Shown piece by piece: positions 50,601 through 58,400 of a DNA stretch of 64,000 nt. Within the stretch, counting starts at the first letter, position 1. Every line of letters starts with the position of its first letter. The DNA is from Candidatus Omnitrophota bacterium. Lineage in GTDB: Bacteria > Omnitrophota > Gorgyraeia > Gygaellales > JBFMHM01. Location of the stretch: contig JBFMHM010000002.1 in NCBI GenBank assembly GCA_040753015.1, forward strand, positions 102,111 to 166,110, written 5' to 3'. The notes below the pieces were generated by a model. The model was not told where the DNA came from and ran no database searches. It was given only the letters and a program-made list of their open reading frames with translations. A program made the translations under genes and the position numbers.

Positions 50601-53600
50601 CACTCTAAAGCCTTAAAAATTGCTTCAACTTTCTTTTCTTCAACTTCTTGATAACCGTCAATAGGAATATCGACAAAAAGCTTAGTTGTATTTTGCTCTG
50701 TCTGGTTTGCAAAACTAAATGTTGCGCCTAATTTGCGCAATTCATTTCTAACCCTAAAGTAAGGCTCTAATGCGTGATATTCTTTTCCTTGCATACATAA
50801 ATTACCTAAGTCGCCTTCGCCTGCCTCGAATAAAGCAGTTTTTAACCACTTACGAAGTGGTGCAGAAAAACTTATTTCTAAACGCAAATGATTGCCAAAG
50901 CTAAGCCAACTAACAGTAATTCCGCTATCTGCCAACTCACTTTGCCAACGCTCTATATCATTATTGTCAATTTGTCCAGCCTCTGGTGGTTGGACAAATT
51001 GATCCTGAGCACCGTCGAAGGATCTTAATCTTACGCCAAGCTGAGGCTGGCGATAAACTTCAGCCAATAAGCGGCCTTCTTGATTAAATGCGTGGCGCAT
51101 TGCGGTTTCTTTTTTGGCAAGCGTCAACCACTGGCTAACTAATTGCATTGCAAATCTAATTTGTTGTTTATTTTTATCTGGCTTAGGCACGCTAGTTTTT
51201 AATCTTTGCTTTTCTGCATTCCATTCTCTATCAGGCCTGCAAAAATTAATATCACTAGTTAAGAATGTCTCTGTCCCAGCCATAGCCAAAGCTTCACCTC
51301 TTGTTTCTTCAATAGCCATCCAAGTAATTTCAAGCGCCTCGGTTACAGCTTCTTGGGTAATCTCACTAATTGGCCTTTGGTACAGCTCTTCTAAATTCCT
51401 CATCTGCATTGCTTCAACTTCTGTCATCTCTTGGCCAACAACCCGAGCAACTGCGGGGATAAATTTAAACCTTAAATCTCCGTCCACAACAAAAACCTCA
51501 ATAGCATCACCATCATTCCAAGCATCTCGTTCATATAATCCACTGGCAAATTTAGTTAAATTTTCCTTAAACTTATCCAACACATTAGCAAGCGGCCGCG
51601 CTCCTTGGCCTGCCTCAAACCCAAGCTTGTAAAAATAATCTAGCACTGCCGTCTTATGTTCCGGGCTAACTCTAACCTCAATTGGATAAAACTTATTTCT
51701 TGCATCTTTATAAACCCAATTTTTATAGGGCTTTAGTTTTGCTTCTGCCATTGCCTTAAACATTGCCTCATCCATAAATTTAAACGGAACTATTTTATCA
51801 AGCCGCGCTAAAAATTCCGGACGGTATTTATATTTATGATAAGCTGATATTTGTGCATCTAATTCGTCGTAAAAACGCGTAAGCGCTTCTGAGTCTGTTT
51901 GTGCTGCATCAAGTGCCTTTTTGTATTGCTGGTAAGCGTCTGGCCCACCTGTTTGAGGTGTTAAAAAACGGCCTGTTGCCGCGTCATAAGTTTCTTCAAC
52001 GCCGCCGTTTGAGGTAAAGATAATAATACACTGGCTAAAAGAAACTGTGTTGCCTTTTGAGTCAGTTAAACGCCCATCGTCGGTAAGAGACAATAAAAGC
52101 ATCAATATTTCTTCTTTGTCAACGCGATGCAATTCATCAAATACGATTACACTTTTTGGGTTGCGTTTTACTTGACTGGTCAACCAATTTTCTGAATCAT
52201 CATGCCCAACATATCCGGGCGGTGCACCGATTAATCTCGTGCTAGAATCCATATCAGCCATAGGCACATGAATATAATTATACCCTAACTCGCTAGCTAC
52301 CACCCTTGCTAATTCTGTTTTACCCACACCTGTTGGCCCAGAAAATAAAAAGCTGCCTACAGGTTTATTCGGTCGCTTTAAACCGGATTCAGCACGATAA
52401 ATTGCACTAACCACTAAATCGACCGCCTCATCTTGGCCAACTAAACGGGCTTTAATACGCCCTTTTAAACTTAACAAATCACTAGTCTTTCTCTGGCTAA
52501 CAAGCAAAGAATCAACGCCGCGTTTAATTAAAAATGAGCGCACATCTTCTATTGTCGGGGTAAGCTTTACATCCTGCCTGTCAACACTGCGCCAACGCCT
52601 AATTTCGGCAAGTGATTCTGCTTGTTTTACTGGCTGGCTTCTTCGTTTTGCTGCCTTTATTTTTTCAGCTAAGACACGAGCAATATTACGTTTTTCTTTT
52701 ACCGGTTGTTTTTGTAAACCTATCTCTTTTGCTTTTGCACTATAATGCTGATCGAGAAATTCAGCCAATAACATCTTATGGTCTTCGTCAGCTAAGGCTA
52801 TAGCAAATAACGACAAAGCCTGCTCCATTAATTCAAAAGGCATTAAATCAGTTGTTTCTGGCAAAGCCCCAGTTATCGGCGATATATGCTTTGCATAATA
52901 CGCCCTTCGTAACACAAGCCACATATCTTCAACTTGCCCAGCCTCTGGCGCTTGGGCAAGTTGATCTCGAGTCCCTGCGAGAGATCTTTCTAATAAATCA
53001 ACACGGCTAAACCATTGTTCATAAAGCGGGTCTCTTAACACAGCCTCTGAACTAGTTGATAGAATTAATCTCCCCTTCTGCTCATCTTTAAACGCGCTTA
53101 AGAATTGCCCTAAGTGGAACTCCGCGCCAGTTGGTAAACCATCTCTGCCTTGAGCGCTAATACTAGCTTTTTGAAAACTATCTAAGTCCAAATAAACAAC
53201 CGTGCGTATTCCTTTTTTCTTATCATCGTCGGCAATTGCATCTAAAAGCCTGAGCACAGTTGCCTCAAACTTTCCTGCCAAACTAAATGTAGTTGCAAAA
53301 CTAGAAAACTTTAAACTAAGAACTCTGACATTTTCTTGGCCATTCAATTTTCCCTCACAAGCTAAGCGGCTATATTGCTGGACTAATTGCTCGGTTGCTT
53401 TTTGGTTTTTTGCCCAAAGAAGAGGAAAATTTCTGCGTGCTTGAGCTTGAATTGATAAAACGCTTACCATTGTCTCTGGGTTAATACTTTCTTCGGGAAT
53501 TCTTCCTTGGCTAGAAAACGCCGTCAGATTTACCACCATTTCATTTAATTCTTTTTCTTGCTGTTTTATCTTATCAACTGAAGCTTCATCGGCATCTTCT

Positions 53601-55450
53601 GGAATGGGTAGGGAAATTTTAAGTTTATCATTATTCCAAGCAGCATTAGGCGGAACCTGTGCAACAGGTGTTGGCAAAAGCGCTTGCTTTGCTTCTAAAT
53701 TAGAAGCAGCTAAAATTGCTCTTGTTGTTGGATGAAGCGCCTCTTGCGCTTGTTGCCTAACTACTTCACCTACCGGCTCAGTTAATTTAAAAGTAATTTT
53801 TCCTTCACTATCAGCACTAACTGAAATTTGAGTTCCCTTGGGATATTTTTTTGCAACTAAAATTTCTGCTAATTGCGAACCAATTAAATTATCAATAGCA
53901 CGAGCCATAGGACGCGCGCCATTAACCGCGTCATAGCCTGCCTTAAGAATTACCTCTTTTGCCGCATCATCAAAATTAAGAACATAACCTTGGTTAGCCA
54001 GTTTTTCTTTTAACATATCGAGGATAAAATCGCGGATTTTTTCAATTTCTTTTTTGCGCAAACGCTTAAACACCAAAATTTCACCGATACGGCCTTGCAT
54101 CGAATTTATAAAATAACGATTAATTCTTTTCCTTATTTCATCTTGTATGCTTTCTTCCATAACATCAAGTAACTGACTACGGCTTGCACTACTTAAATCT
54201 TTACCAGCTTCCTCGCTATGCCTATTTACTTGGCTAATTAAGCGGCAAACACCCAGCCTTTCTTCCCTTGCCTTAGACGTCATTACCTTTAATTTTTGAA
54301 TATAATCCCATAGGCCGCCAAACGCCTCTTCGCATTGCCTGCGTTCTTGCGGCAGCAATCCAAATTCATCAAGCCTAGCAAATCTTCCAGCTTCACCTTG
54401 TTTGGGAAATCGATCTGGCACACAATCAGGTTTTTGCGCCCGCAAATATGCCTTTAATGCCGAATCTCTATTTGCAACAAGCGGGCTAATCCAAAATTCC
54501 TCAATATTATCCAAAACATCTTCTAACGTCAGGCGTTCAGGAAGAAAATCTAATTGGACGCTGTTTAATGCCCTGCTAAATACACCGCCCGGTTTAAGCG
54601 TTTCCTCAATAAGTTCAGCCACTTCATTAAACACATCTTTATTATATGCACGAAGCTGAATAGCTGCCTGCTGCAACCTTTGGCGCTTAGCAGCTGCAAC
54701 ACGTCTTCCCATTTCAGGATCCATTGCTTGCAACTCTTTCTGTGGTTCATCTTCAATAGCTACTTCTTTACCAGCTTTTTTGTATTCATCAATTTGCTTT
54801 TCTTTTTCTGTAATTTGACTCTGCAATCTAGTCCTTTCAGCATCGACACTGGCCCTGTAAAAAGCAATCTTAAGCTCATATAATTCGATATATTCACCAA
54901 ACACATCAATAAGTTGCTTAGTGTGTTTAATATGTTCTAAATTTAGCTTAACATTTTGTTCAAGAGAATTCTTGTATTCAGCTTGCTGGCGCTTTAAAAG
55001 CACGAGCAACTGCTCGGCTTTTCTATGCTCGTCGGTAATTTCAACCCTAAACCATGAATAATCACTTGCCGCAAGCTCTGTCTCGTCTTGCGCCTGAGTA
55101 AACTCCTCATCACTCATTAAATCTATTGCATCCATTGCCCGATATGCGTCGTAAATTTCCGGAGTCATGCCTAAATTTGAAGTCATTGCAATTAAGTGAT
55201 TAGTTGCCGATAAAGTTTCTCCTGTTGAACTTTGTGTTGTGCCTGTATCAAATAAATCATATAAATTTTCTAATACATCCGGATGCGCCTTTTCAAGTTC
55301 ATCCAATAAAAGAACACCAATAGGCGAGGCTCGTAAAATTTGCACTAATCGCCCGCCATTTTTATCATAACCAACATAACCTTGCGGTGCGCCCATAAGT
55401 TTTGTTTTAGCAAATTCATCTTGCAGCTCTGCCATATCAATGCGGCCCAT
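44696..55450 (-). CDS. Giant protein, C-terminal part: ClpA/B-type AAA+ modules, TPR-like repeats, 3 pentapeptide modules, M50-like peptidase, GGIDL tail
   Basis: GAPQGYVGY, LLLDELEKAHPDV, TSNLG, GARP; second unit GPTGVGKTEL, GAPPGYVGH, FDELH, RPEFLARLD, GARPL; A(D/N)Lxx repeats; HEAAH..AGPFAN. Continues the 55483-59421 ORF across a frameshift. Confidence 0.85.
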   Translation of the reverse strand: MGRIDMAELQDEFAKTKLMGAPQGYVGYDKNGGRLVQILRASPIGVLLLDELEKAHPDVLENLYDLFDTGTTQSSTGETLSATNHLIAMTSNLGMTPEIYDAYRAMDAIDLMSDEEFTQAQDETELAASDYSWFRVEITDEHRKAEQLLVLLKRQQAEYKNSLEQNVKLNLEHIKHTKQLIDVFGEYIELYELKIAFYRASVDAERTRLQSQITEKEKQIDEYKKAGKEVAIEDEPQKELQAMDPEMGRRVAAAKRQRLQQAAIQLRAYNKDVFNEVAELIEETLKPGGVFSRALNSVQLDFLPERLTLEDVLDNIEEFWISPLVANRDSALKAYLRAQKPDCVPDRFPKQGEAGRFARLDEFGLLPQERRQCEEAFGGLWDYIQKLKVMTSKAREERLGVCRLISQVNRHSEEAGKDLSSASRSQLLDVMEESIQDEIRKRINRYFINSMQGRIGEILVFKRLRKKEIEKIRDFILDMLKEKLANQGYVLNFDDAAKEVILKAGYDAVNGARPMARAIDNLIGSQLAEILVAKKYPKGTQISVSADSEGKITFKLTEPVGEVVRQQAQEALHPTTRAILAASNLEAKQALLPTPVAQVPPNAAWNNDKLKISLPIPEDADEASVDKIKQQEKELNEMVVNLTAFSSQGRIPEESINPETMVSVLSIQAQARRNFPLLWAKNQKATEQLVQQYSRLACEGKLNGQENVRVLSLKFSSFATTFSLAGKFEATVLRLLDAIADDDKKKGIRTVVYLDLDSFQKASISAQGRDGLPTGAEFHLGQFLSAFKDEQKGRLILSTSSEAVLRDPLYEQWFSRVDLLERSLAGTRDQLAQAPEAGQVEDMWLVLRRAYYAKHISPITGALPETTDLMPFELMEQALSLFAIALADEDHKMLLAEFLDQHYSAKAKEIGLQKQPVKEKRNIARVLAEKIKAAKRRSQPVKQAESLAEIRRWRSVDRQDVKLTPTIEDVRSFLIKRGVDSLLVSQRKTSDLLSLKGRIKARLVGQDEAVDLVVSAIYRAESGLKRPNKPVGSFLFSGPTGVGKTELARVVASELGYNYIHVPMADMDSSTRLIGAPPGYVGHDDSENWLTSQVKRNPKSVIVFDELHRVDKEEILMLLLSLTDDGRLTDSKGNTVSFSQCIIIFTSNGGVEETYDAATGRFLTPQTGGPDAYQQYKKALDAAQTDSEALTRFYDELDAQISAYHKYKYRPEFLARLDKIVPFKFMDEAMFKAMAEAKLKPYKNWVYKDARNKFYPIEVRVSPEHKTAVLDYFYKLGFEAGQGARPLANVLDKFKENLTKFASGLYERDAWNDGDAIEVFVVDGDLRFKFIPAVARVVGQEMTEVEAMQMRNLEELYQRPISEITQEAVTEALEITWMAIEETRGEALAMAGTETFLTSDINFCRPDREWNAEKQRLKTSVPKPDKNKQQIRFAMQLVSQWLTLAKKETAMRHAFNQEGRLLAEVYRQPQLGVRLRSFDGAQDQFVQPPEAGQIDNNDIERWQSELADSGITVSWLSFGNHLRLEISFSAPLRKWLKTALFEAGEGDLGNLCMQGKEYHALEPYFRVRNELRKLGATFSFANQTEQNTTKLFVDIPIDGYQEVEEKKVEAIFKALEWRQDEVRDREEPNAIYIRKTLEDEHGKIEVYLKKDNSELIIRLYKPSDANFSFELIDRVSGDSQLIYQNNGSLVCQRYAGRQAKDLFFSGEKNNLVVMLGHCALARDIEAGAVACDGEISGRKWFLVSPNATDTVLADPDMRQKVKWVDSGPRPEPDPSACLPVGMAPGGTSVTPQAPRTFEQLTPERARAVRVELANRDAKTVTVPATDEIPEVQVAVRFEPTDGVELAADVDIGEVETPDTAPAATLVIGVPVGATMLEIEKAKREALSALPDAILRFVSVASPTAPNGGAGSAVPLVAQRLAGVLAGSLAGVRVSNYVIGRAHTLFSEQHARLQSAGQAAEPQQSDASIKTAFIQAATEQLKALQGHSQLQGILANFLMRELGVSKTAIEVSCGLTPSTGDSPTFPRSTRIPILFGNEPTTPPVVPAPDAPAPPGLVASAATQAPLDEPPADPGMPAREPVVLTPEILKTIHTQDLALRLASIAAAERFDDSSQKEKATITVIETFITLNRFNDALNLVIRMEDDDPDKAMTYALIAQAQAGRPTEEIIENINKADIAATALNRASQAAVQAFIAQVKIEIGSPEDEISTSLNKAIIMVEEISIYDPWAQIKAYTSIAQAQAQAGRPTEEIIENINKALDIAEKLPTRYADATYDDQIRAYTFIAETQAKIGRPMNEVEDTLRLASTLTERTFAPGEYWKALLLLIIAETQAKIGRPMNEVEDILRLIINLIKKIPDNQDQPFYKTNAYSLVARVQIKAKIPKRKIERNLKNARAAAEEIPNDSSNDYKRLLASDLIIQVCAETGEFANAIAMAIRTPDSEPLLKVNAYTAIVQNQAQLLKEKGIDMALLDSVNRQMGNFLETIADETNLTDDKAAKIILMLLNNGFTLEQLQQQAVINELIRLLKESGESANNEQLIASLREKLATPASDAPAPPPAEPPADPSSPARQETARPAAEATAVSSEGWAETLQQLTGILNDSSKTLEQKIDEFNQAKQDYLRSSPFQSSQTFKVNDAFADGLRRLERTWYFNRQASAICIQLDLSRLDFSGKDISGVRLFAPFDLSEDVYLRRNAEIIARRGSGAIFSYAQYISRKKEMGPDLSQTVMFYSDLDTDKINGILLFIDARTWRRLDDVYSTKQERYDYLTSRGVIFVNEQGQAVDKDGNVIDGAVSAAAAPTADASAVPRGEPPASAPPADPANPPAADDATAVSPEGWDGVLTQLTAILSDTSKTLKQKINEFNQAKQDFLASSPLSEGEVLAVNFEFITAIKGLEQCFYNRGSTIYRLDLSRLNLRNAYLCNANLRNADISGVNLSGAVLSYAGLRGADLRGAILPYADLCGAILPYADLRNADLSGADLRGAVLSYADFRGADFTGADLTNANLSNADLCGTTLTGASLANANLSGARMLFSDLDKDKIQDAMILDSGSYKSLKEVTLDMDRLYRYLTQERGIIFVNEQGQRVDKDGKVIESEVGTPAPVAPAADAPVLRQAQDEQPPAPPDVTPPADPSAAGPTAVSPEGWAETLQQLTEILNDSSKTLEQKIDEFNQAKQDYLRSSPLQDGQTVVVNDEFVRALKSLSEASYFKNAVFYRLDLSKFDFSGKDLSGVKLRYADLSGAKLSRAILTNAILSYVNLIGADLSSADLSRTNLFNANLTGANLSNSRFFNTRLTRAILYNADLSTASLFKANLSEADLRGVDLSFADLSDADLFSAKMFHGDLNGNKIRNATIRKDRNSNNERLGVIYDTEQKLYDFFKKKGVIFVDRREPTRSITAALLREGGGRGNLLRFSAFVVALPLHEAAHILTAKLFGLKVNSINLWSSADINYEGASTWKKVATLLAGPFANLTVGGIALGFSFSAMPIVLGFIGISNIVLFISDVIISIMAKQEVKRQSDWNQAVEALLQRAGASSDEITDRAGTILSLEERARVYTGESPAEALSQPSQGAVNLGGIDLSLIQIEALNH
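45455..45820 (-). repeat. Pentapeptide repeat tract (module 3), 15-nt period
   Basis: ADLSG AKLSR AILTN AILSY ... ADLFS. Confidence 0.9.
45921..46053. repeat. 133-nt direct repeat, copy B (copy A at 47586-47718)
   Basis: Manual comparison finds 2 mismatches; encodes AVS(P/S)EGWAETLQQLT(E/G)ILNDSSKTLEQKIDEFNQAKQDYLRSS. Confidence 0.92.
46108..46132. repeat. REP-like imperfect palindrome in frame (VLRQAQDE)
   Basis: gttcatcctgagcctgtcgaaggac; absent from the two paralogous Pro/Ala linkers. Confidence 0.6.
46370..46740 (-). repeat. Pentapeptide repeat tract (module 2) with near-perfect 15/30-nt DNA repeats
   Basis: aggtctgcgtagggaagaattgcgccgc repeated; protein GADLRGAILPYADLCGAILPYADLRN. Confidence 0.92.
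47586..47718. repeat. 133-nt direct repeat, copy A
   Basis: Matches 45921-46053 with 2 mismatches. Confidence 0.92.
48424..48976. repeat. Two pairs of internal duplications in the TPR-like region
   Basis: 48424-48475 vs 48553-48604 (52 nt, 1 mismatch); 48681-48727 vs 48930-48976 (47 nt, identical). Confidence 0.88.
50104..50124. repeat. 21-nt imperfect copy of the CCTGCCTGCCGGCAGGCAGG palindrome, in frame in the giant gene
   Basis: ccatgcctaccggcaggcagg flanked by gtg/cac; translated within ACLPVGMA. Confidence 0.8.
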
Positions 55451-55482
55451 TTTGCCGTCAAAAATAAGCTCAGCAATTGCTT

Positions 55483-58400
55483 TTACAAGCTCGGTTTTTC
55501 TACGCCCGTTGGGCCTGCCAACATAAAAACACCAATTGGTTTATTTGGCTCTTTTTGTCCGTTAACAAATAAACGAATTTTTGCTAAAATGGCATCGACT
55601 ACATGTTCGTGGCCAACATAACGCTTTGCTAAATTTTCTTTAAATCTATCAACGCGCGCTCTAATATCACCGGTTAATAAGCTAACTGTAGTTTGCGCCT
55701 CTTTTGCCAGCGCAGTTAAAACTTCTTCTTCGCTAATTCTTACGGATGGGCCTAAAGTTGTATCTACATCGCTTGCGCCCGCCATTACCATTACCCAATA
55801 ATCCAGGCGGCCAGTTAAAAATTCAACAAGCTCTGGTGTGTTAGCCTGCTCTAACTCGCCAATTAAAGCCAAGGCTCGGCTTCCGGCATAAGCTCTATCT
55901 AAATTACTCCTGTATTCTTGTTTTTTATTTTTATCAACTAAAAGTTTCTGAATTAAATCTATTGCAATTTCCCTTTCTGAAGCTTTAGGCAAGAATTTTT
56001 TAGTATAACCCATAATCCGCTTTAAAAATTCAAACGCATCATCGCTTTCAATTTTTAAATTTAAAAGCTCGTTATGCACGGTTTTAAACCACGGTAACCC
56101 CTCTTCTAAAAGCCGCAAAATTTCATCTGCCTCTTTTTCGAATTCAGGAGAGCTAGATAGCTCGTAACGTTGAGGATACTCCATAATTTGAGATATTTCT
56201 TTCCATTTGTTTCTAGGAAATACCGCCTGAATTGTTTTAGGCTCACCGCCAATAATTACAGGAATTGGGCTTTTAAGAAGCTCATCTAATAACCACTCTA
56301 AGCGCGAGCCAAGCTTAAACTTCAAACTCAAAATTCCCGCGTATTCTTCAGCATCAATATAAAAAGCTAAATTACGGCGCGTGCCTTTTTTTTCTGCATC
56401 GTGATACACCTTGCGCATATTGCTGACAAAAGCGCGAACAACCTTTTCAAAACCATCTGCCTGCAAAAACACTCCGCCGGCTAATAATTTTTTAATATCT
56501 AATTTTAAAATTTCTAACTTTTGTAAAGAAACTGGCAATGGGCTGTCATCAAGGCTTGCTTGATAAGCCAAAGAACGTATTGTCTGCTCTACTTCTCTCG
56601 GATGGCCGATTAAAATAATATTATTATTACTTGTATTTTTAATTTCATCTAATCTATCTACAAAACCTTGATCTGGCCTTTGGTGTAAACTTAAACTTTG
56701 CGAAGAGCCTTCGAATGTTTCTATCTTGGAAAGATAAGCCATCAAGTTTTCTTCAGTTTCTCCTTCTCTGCCATCGTCTGGATATATAGGAGAATAAAAA
56801 TTACCGCCTACTAGAGGCGCGCCAATCATTGCTGCCATAGCAGCAAAAACATCATCGCCAGAAGAGGCATCACCAAAAAACTTAAAATAAAACCAGCGAA
56901 ATAAATATGCGGCCGGAATTAATAATAAAGGTAACAATAAAGATTTTAATATTGTGGTTTTTGCAGGGCCACTGCCTGGCCTTGGCGATTTTGGACCTTG
57001 ATCATCAGTCTCTGTTTCTGCTGCTTTTTTACGCAATGCGTCCCGTTGTTCTCTAGCGTCTGCGCTATAATCATGATGATGATCAGCATGAACAGTTCCA
57101 TCAGCGTGGCGATGCTGGCCTTCAGGAACACCGTGATGATGTGGATGTCTTGCGCCACTAACGTTACCATCGTGATCGCGGTGAATATGCTTTACAAGCA
57201 TCCTGTTATGTATTCTACCTATCCTAGCCTCTACTTCATTTCTCTTGCCAGCCTTAATTCTAGGCACTCTCGTGCTATAGCCATAACGGGTTTTTTCTAT
57301 TAAGCCTTTTTTAGAAAGTGCACGTTTAATAATTTCCTTTGCTTTATCTTTATCGTTCTCGTCTAACTTTCCTTCACCAATTGCCTGCTCTGCAATTTCA
57401 TCAGCCAACCTCTCAATTACTTCCGGATTATTTGTTCCGTTCTTTCGTAATTTACCATCATTTAAAATATTTAAAAGTCCTCTTGTAATCCAAGTGCGGA
57501 AATTATGCTCCATCGTAAGATCGCTGATATCACTATCTTTATCAGCTTCTTCAACTGACGTATTAATTTCATCTAAGATTTCATTTAACAGTTCCTCATC
57601 GCCTTTATCATCATCTTCATCTTTATCATCTTCATCTTCATAATCATCGCTATTTTTACGGCTATCTTCTATTTGTGCCAACCGCCACATCGGACCACAA
57701 CTCGCTCCTATTGAACCCTCGCTAACATCTACATCTGTATCTTCAGCGATTTTGTTGCCCCTTTTTTGCTCCTCTACTACTCTATTATGCGCTTGTATCC
57801 AATTTAAACCTTGTTTGCGATAATATATTTCGCGTTGTTCGTGCAACAAAACATCAGTATCTAAGGTACTTTGAAAACCAACTATACGCCAAACATTATC
57901 TGTACCTTTAAAATTAATTGCCTGTACGCCATCATCTAAGTTAATTGCCCATCTTTTGAGCACATCAATAATTCTTTGCGCGTCTTGATCCCTAACATTA
58001 TCATTAATCGCAATAATTCGGTTTCCCACATCATCTGTATTAGTTTTAACTGCCCCCAGCTTATCAAGCTGTGTAATACAATATTCAACAATCTCTCGAT
58101 TACTAGCGTTTTGTGATAATTCAGGAACTTTCTTACTTCTTGCCAAAACTCTTAGAATTCTTAAAAGATTTTTTAGATTCTTTACATCAGATACTTCTGC
58201 GCCAATATCTTCTGGTTGCCCAATGCTTACCGTAATTGTAACTGGCACCCTGCCTGCCTCTCCCGCTGTTGCTAGCTGTGTAGGAATTTCTCCTGTTGGC
58301 GCAAAAAGTACACCGCCTGAGGCATAGGTGCGGCGGATTTTATGATTTATCGTAGGGGCGAAACCATGTTTTCGCCCATTAATTATAGGGCGATTACGCG

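Noticed and set aside
54150-55165. Possible intein in the first NBD2
   Set aside because: No C-terminal HN-C/S/T splice junction or LAGLIDADG motif seen; the sequence looks helical/coiled-coil
55480-55510. Programmed -1 ribosomal frameshift as the main explanation
   Set aside because: No canonical X XXY YYZ heptamer in the correct phase, no obvious stimulatory hairpin, and the product would have E in place of the conserved Walker A glycine
58249-58258. Half copy CCTGCCTGCC of the palindrome (shorter partial matches near 42962 and 62674)
   Set aside because: At most 10 nt and only one arm; could be chance
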